NCBI GenBank assembly: GCA_951406725.2
Contig: OX597833.1
Coordinates: 26,536,001-26,600,000, forward strand
Origin: Octopus vulgaris
Taxonomy: Eukaryota
Reading direction: 5' to 3'
Length of the DNA: 64,000 bases
Position numbers and translations under genes: made by a program. A model generated the notes under the pieces. That model saw only the letters and a program-made list of their open reading frames with translations. It was not told the DNA's origin and did no database searches. Within the stretch, counting starts at the first letter, position 1. Each line of letters begins with the position of its first letter. This document shows, in pieces, positions 56,973-64,000 of this stretch.

Positions 56973-57245
56973 TTATTTTTCATCTCCCTATGTGTTAGTT
57001 TTTTTAAAAAAACTATTAGCCAAATATGTATAATATCGGTGCTTATTAATATTAATATATACACTGATATATATTTTGTTTTATTTTCTTCTGTTTACCT
57101 TCCATTATTGTACCAATGAGTATTATATTATATAAGTGTAGCATTATGATGTATAAGTTTTTATATTTTACATTTTTATATTTTTATATTTATATGTATA
57201 TGGTTATATAATATTTTTCACAATTATAACAAATTTAATTTAATT

Positions 57246-57353
57246 CTCTGAAGAGGCCGTGGGGCATCCTTGTTAATGCCTCATTTATACCTGCCTTTAT
57301 GGCTTATAGGTTAAATGAGGTATGAATGCCCTCACTGCCGAAACAGCTGTCAG
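57246..57353 (+). ncRNA. type I hammerhead ribozyme with a long, multi-segment stem II
   Basis: ct-CTGAAGA-ggc.gtg.gggcat...atgcctcattta...taaatgaggtat..atgccc.cac.gcc-GAAA-cagctg-TC-ag. Core is intact, stem III is the palindrome acagctgt, and stem I is only 2 bp. Confidence 0.82.
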
Positions 57354-57540
57354 TTTTGATTTAATTACATATTATATTTGAAATTTTTTACTTATATCTC
57401 TTTGTCTTTTTACTTTTACTATTACTGTATATTTTGAATGCCTTTACTCATATGTAATGGTGTATTAAAGTATTGATTGGGTATCATCGGATAGTTGATG
57501 TTTTATTGATTTAAGCATGTTTCTCCATTCTCTAATTTTG

Positions 57541-57581
<41 letters not shown>

Positions 57582-57582
<1 letters not shown>

Positions 57583-57830
57583 GGTGGTGGTTGTCTACTC
57601 CTTATGCAGAGTTACCACCTTCTCTACCTACACATTAGAACCATCGTGGCATGGCATCTGATGTGGTTTTTTAAAACAGACAATGTTCTGAAAAGACACC
57701 CACATAGATTGCATATTCGATTTGGACATCTCGCATCATCCGTACACATATTCTCATTTAAAAGCCGAGTTGTATATATTCTTAACCTAAGGTGTGTTTT
57801 CTGTAACTAATTATATTGTCTTCAACACAA
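57582..57830 (-). mobile_element. RTE-like LINE 3' end with a terminal C2H2 finger
   Basis: Minus strand 57715-57651 encodes CNLCGCLFRTLSVLKNHIRCH. A short 3' UTR follows and ends in (CCA)n. Confidence 0.55.
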
Positions 57831-58205
57831 TGCACAATATACTGCATTCCTTAATTGGTAATTACTGATAAATCCAGATCTCAGCGAAACAGAGGACGTT
57901 GAATATGGAGAAGTGTTACAATCAAAGATAAACACTTTGAGCCTGAAGAAAGAAAATCGTAACATCACAAAGTGTTGGATGTTATATGGTTAGACAAATT
58001 CCTCAGAATACACATGCATAAACACAAACACGCACACAACACACACGCACACACACACACTAACACACATATATGTATGCATACATAAGTGTATGACAGT
58101 GCACACAGATATAAATACATATGTACATACACATTATTCTATGTATGTATGTCTCTATCTAACTATCTATATATATATATATATCATGCAGATATACATG
58201 CATAA

Positions 58206-58246
<41 letters not shown>

Positions 58247-58781
58247 TATATATATATGTATATGAAAGAAAGGGGGGAGGGGAGAGACAAGCGAGAGATA
58301 GAAATCTTGTTAAGAAATGCGGCTGTAATTAGGTAAACCATACTAGTCAACTATGAAAATGCTTTTTGTTTTTCGAAATACGGATACTCTAAGATTGTTG
58401 AGCAAGCAAACCTTTTTAGCTACCTTGCTGGATGGATCGCAAATGAAATGTAATTGTTTTTCGCGTTCTCCAGGCGTAGAAGTTCTATCTTTTAGGGTGA
58501 AGTTTGCATATTTGACGTTTTCTTCTTTTGTTCTATCCATTTTCTTTCCCTTTCATACCTAACACTTTCTCCATTGCGTTGTGTAATTTATTCTCTGTTT
58601 TTCTTATTTTTGCTCGTTTACTTTTTGACTTCTTTCTTTGTTGTAGCTTTGCCTGAGTATGTTCAGGGTTTGAGTGATTTGTCGGAGTGTGCTTTTGATT
58701 TGTTTGTGCGCTTGTGTACATTCTCAGTTTTATTGCACTTCGGTTTTGTAATTAATCAGTATAAGCGGCAAATGGTGGAAG

Positions 58782-58843
<62 letters not shown>

Positions 58844-59237
58844 CAGAAGAAGAAGAAGGAGAAGAAGAAGAAGAAGAAGAAGAAATCAACGAGAACGCCT
58901 GAAACAAGAAATCCATTCCAAATTGCAAAGAATCCATTTGTATGAAAATTGAGGATGATACTTTGAACAAAACAAACATCTCAGCTGCATCCGAGAACGA
59001 ATTTGATAAGAAATAGATAAAACTAGCAACAGAATTTCGAGAAATCTGATAGAGGGTAAGGAATGTGTCGAAACCATCACGGATGAGAATTAAAAAACAA
59101 TGAAGACTTGGCTTATAGAATAGTGTTAGATAATAAGAATACCAGAAATATTCCAGGAACTAAAACAGCTTCAAGATACAAAGACCTGATAAGATATTAA
59201 CAATGTGGGTTAAAATATTTGACAGTTATATATAACA

Positions 59238-60030
59238 CTAGCAGCTAAGCCCGGTTTCACTGGGTCTGTTTGGATGATGTGGCTGTGATGATTTTTGGTT
59301 AGACATAATCTATAACAGCGTTTCTCAACCTTATCATTTCGGGTCCCCTGTTTCGATTGGAGCCTCAAAAATAACCTGACCCCTCACATGTCAGAAAACA
59401 GCTTCAGGAGTTGTGAAGAACGAATTTGTACGTAGTCTGTTTCTCAGACTATTTCTATTGGAGCTCTGAATACTCATTAAAACATTGATTTAATTATGAA
59501 TATAGAAAGAAATTATTTTGTTAGCAGTTGTATCCGTAAAAAATTTATTTGCAGAGAGCAGAAATTTAAAGAAGATATATGAAATGGACGTGTGTGTGTG
59601 TGCATGCTTGCACGTGTGTATGTGAGAAAGAAAGAGGGTGAGAAAGAGAGATAGAGTGAGTGAGTGAAGGTGTGTCGTGATGATTGACATATTTGTACGT
59701 AGTCTGTTTCTGAGAGCTATTCTATGAGACCTCTGTCTAATCATTAAAACATTGATTTAATTATGAACATAGAACGAAATTATGCATTAATCCCTATTTT
59801 TGTCAGCTGTTGTATCCGTAAAAAATTTTATTTGCGGAGAGCAGAAATTGAAAGAAGATATATGAAATGGATATGTGTGTGTGCTTGCGCGTTTGTATGT
59901 GAGAGAGAAAGAGGGTGAGAAAGAGAGATGGAGTGGGTGAGTGAAGGTGTGTGTCTTGATGATTGACGTGTTTTAAGGTACACACACATACATAGAAAAT
60001 GTGAGGTCATCGTATAAAATTTTTATGATA
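59238..60030 (+). mobile_element. Helentron/Lep1-like non-autonomous element with an internal ~270-bp tandem duplication (tentative)
   Basis: Starts 'actagcagctaagcccggtttcactggg'. 59424-59690 resembles 59691-59968. Confidence 0.45.
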
Positions 60031-60711
60031 GTTAATTCATGGAAAACATTGTGTTAATTTTTTAAATGCAAATATGTGAATGAAAATTAAGTTCAGACCT
60101 CTAAATGGCAGCTAGATCTGGTAGAAATAGCAGGCAAATCTCCTCAAAACACCATACTGTCTTAATCCAACAATTCTGCCTATTATGTAGTTTTAATGAG
60201 AAACTGTAACAAAAGATTAATATAATTAACCCCACAAAGAGGTGAAAGAAGAGAGACAGTATAGCGAAAGTTTTGGCTGACTGTCATCCTGTACTCCCTT
60301 TGTTGCTAGCGAAATGGTATATGCCTGCTGTGTGAGCAACTGGTTGTTTTAATGGCAGAACAAACAGGGGAATTCCATTGGAAAAAAGTTTTAAACAATT
60401 TCCTCAGTAACTATAGGGGCTAGGAAAAAAATACAAATCGCATTCCAATCTATGCACCCATCTCCATATGTGTGCCACTTTTCACGCGAAACAACCCAGT
60501 CGTTTGGCTGTGAACCTCAAGACAAGAAAGAATACAACACTCACCCATGTCCAATTTATATTATAGATGTTGGCGGAAATGTTTTGAAAGATAGTGACAG
60601 GGCTAGAGACAAAACTTGATTTGTTCACTGAAGACAAAAAGAAAAAAATCATCTTAATTCCGAAGATTAAACTGACAGCAAACCATTAATATGAGATTAT
60701 AATCCTCAACG

Positions 60712-60925
60712 CAATAGGCTAGCAGAATCGTTAACACGCCAGTCAAAATGCTTCGCGGCATTTAGTCCGTCTTTACGCTTTGAATTCAGATTCTGCCGAG
60801 CTCAACTTTGCTTTTCATCCTTTCGAGATCGATAAAGTAGATATCACTAGAGCATAGGGAGCGATATAATCGACTTATCTACTGCCCCGAAATTTCAGGC
60901 CTTGTACCTGTAACAGAAAGGAATA
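60712..60925 (+). mobile_element. SINE family B
   Basis: 'gctagcagaatcgttaacacgcc...ttctgccgagctcaactttgcttttcatcctttcgagatcgataaa'. Confidence 0.8.
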
Positions 60926-60969
60926 TGAGACTCTAATCCACCTTTTAACACCTTGCTTGTTGATAAATA

Positions 60970-61150
60970 AACACATGAAAAAGTACAACTTACTTCCAGA
61001 AAAGCAAGTGGGATGCGACAAAGGTTTGATTAATTTAAAGATCAATTATCCAGCAAGAGAAAGAATGGCTCACTATGTTTCAAATTATCTTATGGAGGGC
61101 GTTTGACAGTTTCTCCTACATGGGGATGGTGGAAACAGTAAGAAGATACA
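60970..61150 (+). pseudogene. ancient R4-type RT remnant
   Basis: HMKKYNLLPEKQVGC followed by KDQL and AFDS across frameshifts, resembling the LLPEEQKGC-KDQL-AYDSVPH motifs. Confidence 0.5.
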
Positions 61151-62031
61151 TAAATTACATGCGTATTAGTGTATGGCCGAGAATTCTGTAGAGAGAAATA
61201 AAAAAAAGGAATTATAAAATGTACTCCTATCTTTAGTGTTTACTTTAAAGCGACACCTTTTCATTCTGGGTTGAATATCATTATCCAACACGTTAAACCT
61301 CGTAGAACCTCGTAGGATTCCAATACAAATGCTAAAGGACGGGAATCAATCGTGAACAATTTAAAACAAGAGAATATGCATTGATTTACTGGAAGAAAGT
61401 AAGCCAAAACCACATTGAATACGAAAGTGTATTAAAAACAAAAATATCATGCTAGTTAAAAATAAAAACAACCTATAAGAATGAAAGGAAAATTTAAAAC
61501 GGAACATTATAGTGAAGGAAAATTAACACTTAAAACAGAATTAAACACACATGCTTAGAATATGATTATTAAATAGGGAAACAATGTCAATAATAAGTGA
61601 TTTGGTAATGATTTCTGAACATGCAAACAAATATATTCAAGTACCCAAAATTACAATTATGTACAAAATTCTAAAAATAGAACTAGAAGGTAATGCTTAC
61701 GGTTTATATAGAATACTCTCAATACAATAGGAAATAGTAAATTTTAATACAACACAGCAAACACCCAAGGTTTATAGAGCTATGCTTGGCTTTGCAGTTA
61801 AAATATACGCAGTAATAATATTGTTTTTATTTACCGGTACTAGAAGTCCTGTACAAACGTTATAAATGTGCCATACCTGTATGCATGTAAATATATATAC
61901 ACATACACACACTCACACACACACACGCACACACACACACACACATATATATATAAATATATATTCACATGTACATATATGTATGAATGTGTATGTGTAA
62001 GTGTGTACGTATATATATATATACATATAAC

Positions 62032-62040
62032 GAGAAGAAG

Positions 62041-62072
<32 letters not shown>

Positions 62073-62073
62073 G

Positions 62074-62105
<32 letters not shown>

Positions 62106-62168
62106 GAAGAAGAAGAAGAAGAAGAAGAAGAAGAAGAAGAAGAAGAAGAAGAAGAAGAAGAAGAAGAA
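62032..62168. repeat. (GAA)n microsatellite
   Basis: Directly visible. Confidence 0.97.
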
Positions 62169-62726
62169 ATACAATATGGCGAAGGAGAAATATGTTTACA
62201 TGGGAAAAAAATTTATATATACAAATGAGTTCAAAGAAGCTATACAGGGATGAAAGGAAAGAAATAATTAAAAACAGAAGTAAAAGAAAAGGCAGGGAAT
62301 AGAAACATTCAGTGCTCACAAGACAGAGATATAATGTGAAGGAGAAAGGAAGGGAAGGGAAGATGGGAGTGGAGGAAGGCTAAATAAACAAAAGATTGTT
62401 TCATTGATGAAATGTAGAGAGAGATTACAACGAACTTTGTACTATTAATACTTCCCTTATTTCAAATGAATTCCTCTTTAAAAATAAAATTTCAAATGAA
62501 GAGAGTGGTGGACAAATATTCTTATCATCTGTGTTCCCACAACTATCTCTTTAACAATGCTTATTAATATATTAAATTAACACCGCATTATTTGCATATA
62601 ATTGAAAGTTTTGTTTTGTCCGTTAATATATTTGTCTCCAAAGTATTGGGTTTTTATGTCCCTCCCACTACCCAAAGTAATTATTTTCCTTACATTTATC
62701 ATCATCTTCATCATCATTGTTATTAT

Positions 62727-62952
62727 TAAGGCGGCAGAATTGTTAGCTGGCAAAATCGTTAGCAATCCGGGCGAAATGCCTGATGGCATTTCGTCGGTCT
62801 TCACGTTCTAAATCCTAATTCTGCCGAGCTCGACTTTGCATTTCATACTTCCGGGGTCAATAAATTAAATACCAATGAAACACTGGGGTCGATATAATCA
62901 AGTAGCCCACCTCCATAAAAATTCCACGCTTTGTGCCTTTAGTAGAAAGGAT
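62727..62952 (+). mobile_element. SINE family B
   Basis: 'taaggcggcagaattg...gccgagctcgactttgcatttcatacttccggggtcaataaa...cactggggtcgatataatc'. Confidence 0.82.
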
Positions 62953-63374
62953 TATTATTGTTGTTGATAGTGGTAATGTTACGTTGTTATTCTTCTTGCT
63001 GTTGTTCTTTTCTCTGAATGCTCAGATTTCCAAGAATTAGAAGAACTATTTTTGTCAGTATAAGAAAATATTTAGTTTTGATTTAAATCAACACAGACCT
63101 TCAGGTTCGCTTTATATATTCATATTTTTGGCAAACATCAAATTTCATTCGTTTATATGGTTCAGTGAAGTTAGGTCTAATTCAACAGAAAGAGGTACAA
63201 TCTACAAGGACGGTAGGAGTAAAACACTCAAAAAAGCAGTTTAAAATTTTAAACTACAAGAAAATGTTAACCAAACAAAAAAAAAAAAGCACGCTTCAAA
63301 CACAAAGGTGCATCATTGACAAAAATACTCCAAATTAAATGGCGGTGCAGGCGTAATTTAATTAACTATCCAAC

Positions 63375-63505
63375 CACAAGTTCAGTCCCAGTGGGTGACG
63401 CCTTGGGCAAGTGTCTTCTACTACAGTATCGGGTTGACGAAAGACATGTGAGTGAATTTGGTAGACGGAAACTGAGAGAAGCCCGTCGTATATATGTGTG
63501 TGTGT
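63375..63505 (+). mobile_element. SINE family A, partial
   Basis: 'gttcagtcccagtgggtgacgccttgggcaagtgtcttcta...ggtagacggaaactgagagaagcccgtcg'. Confidence 0.8.
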
Positions 63506-64000
63506 GAATCAGTTGAAGGAATGCATTATGGTAGCATGGCAAAATATGTCAAAAAAGTAGTGCTTCCAAAGAATGAGCTAGAAATTTTAAGAAACTCTGG
63601 ACAATTTGTGGCGTGAAATATATTTCATCGAAAGGTCCAGAACCATATAAAAGCATCTGTTCATAATTTTACTCGCGTCTATATCTTAGTAGAAACTGAT
63701 GGTTAAAGAACTTAAACTGCATAAACAAATTTACTCTTAAATAACACTAACATATTCAGTAATACTAATAACTTCAATTTACCCTTGACAATTTTTAGTC
63801 TTACTAATTTTGAATATATCATTCCTGTTTAAAATCTCTTACCTACTTGACAATTGCATTTCCATGACAACCACTGGGATCGATCTGGTAACGGATAAGG
63901 ATTCTGGATTATTTTCCGGTTTTTAACTTAATTTTTGAGAGCGGCCGGGTTCATTTTTAGTATTCTCGTTTGTGAGAGCAGTCGAGTTTATTTCAGATAT

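Noticed and set aside
57651-57715. C2H2 zinc finger as an exon of a host ZNF gene
   Set aside because: Single finger with no TGEKP linker. A short UTR and (CCA)n tail follow, which fits an RTE LINE C-terminus better.

Overview
Very AT-rich animal genomic DNA made almost entirely of microsatellites and transposon remnants. The SINE families and repeat landscape look like an octopod cephalopod, but that is my inference. I can support no intact host protein-coding gene, and most ORFs in the track are translations of microsatellites. Identifiable content: (i) Penelope-like retroelements (PLEs) of two types, namely a Penelope/Poseidon-like RT at 3.0-4.1 kb and a 'GLYRDD'-type RT (20.6-22.0 kb, minus) with a matching RT-thumb plus intact GIY-YIG region (33.2-34.4 kb); (ii) a cluster of R4/Dong-like restriction-endonuclease LINEs from several families, mostly bounded by (TAA)n; (iii) RTE 3' fragments, a decayed mariner, a Tc1/mariner MITE and two Helentron/Lep1-like elements; (iv) three tRNA-derived SINE families, including a dimer nested in an older copy and a pair with swapped tails. 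The most striking signal is invisible in the ORF track: at least eight type I hammerhead ribozyme motifs (CUGANGA...GAAA-palindromic stem III-UH). They fall in about seven unrelated sequence contexts, mostly in non-coding units embedded in (AT)n microsatellites, and one of them is part of a ~0.9-kb inverted duplication. Boundaries of decayed elements are approximate, and all folds were worked out by eye.
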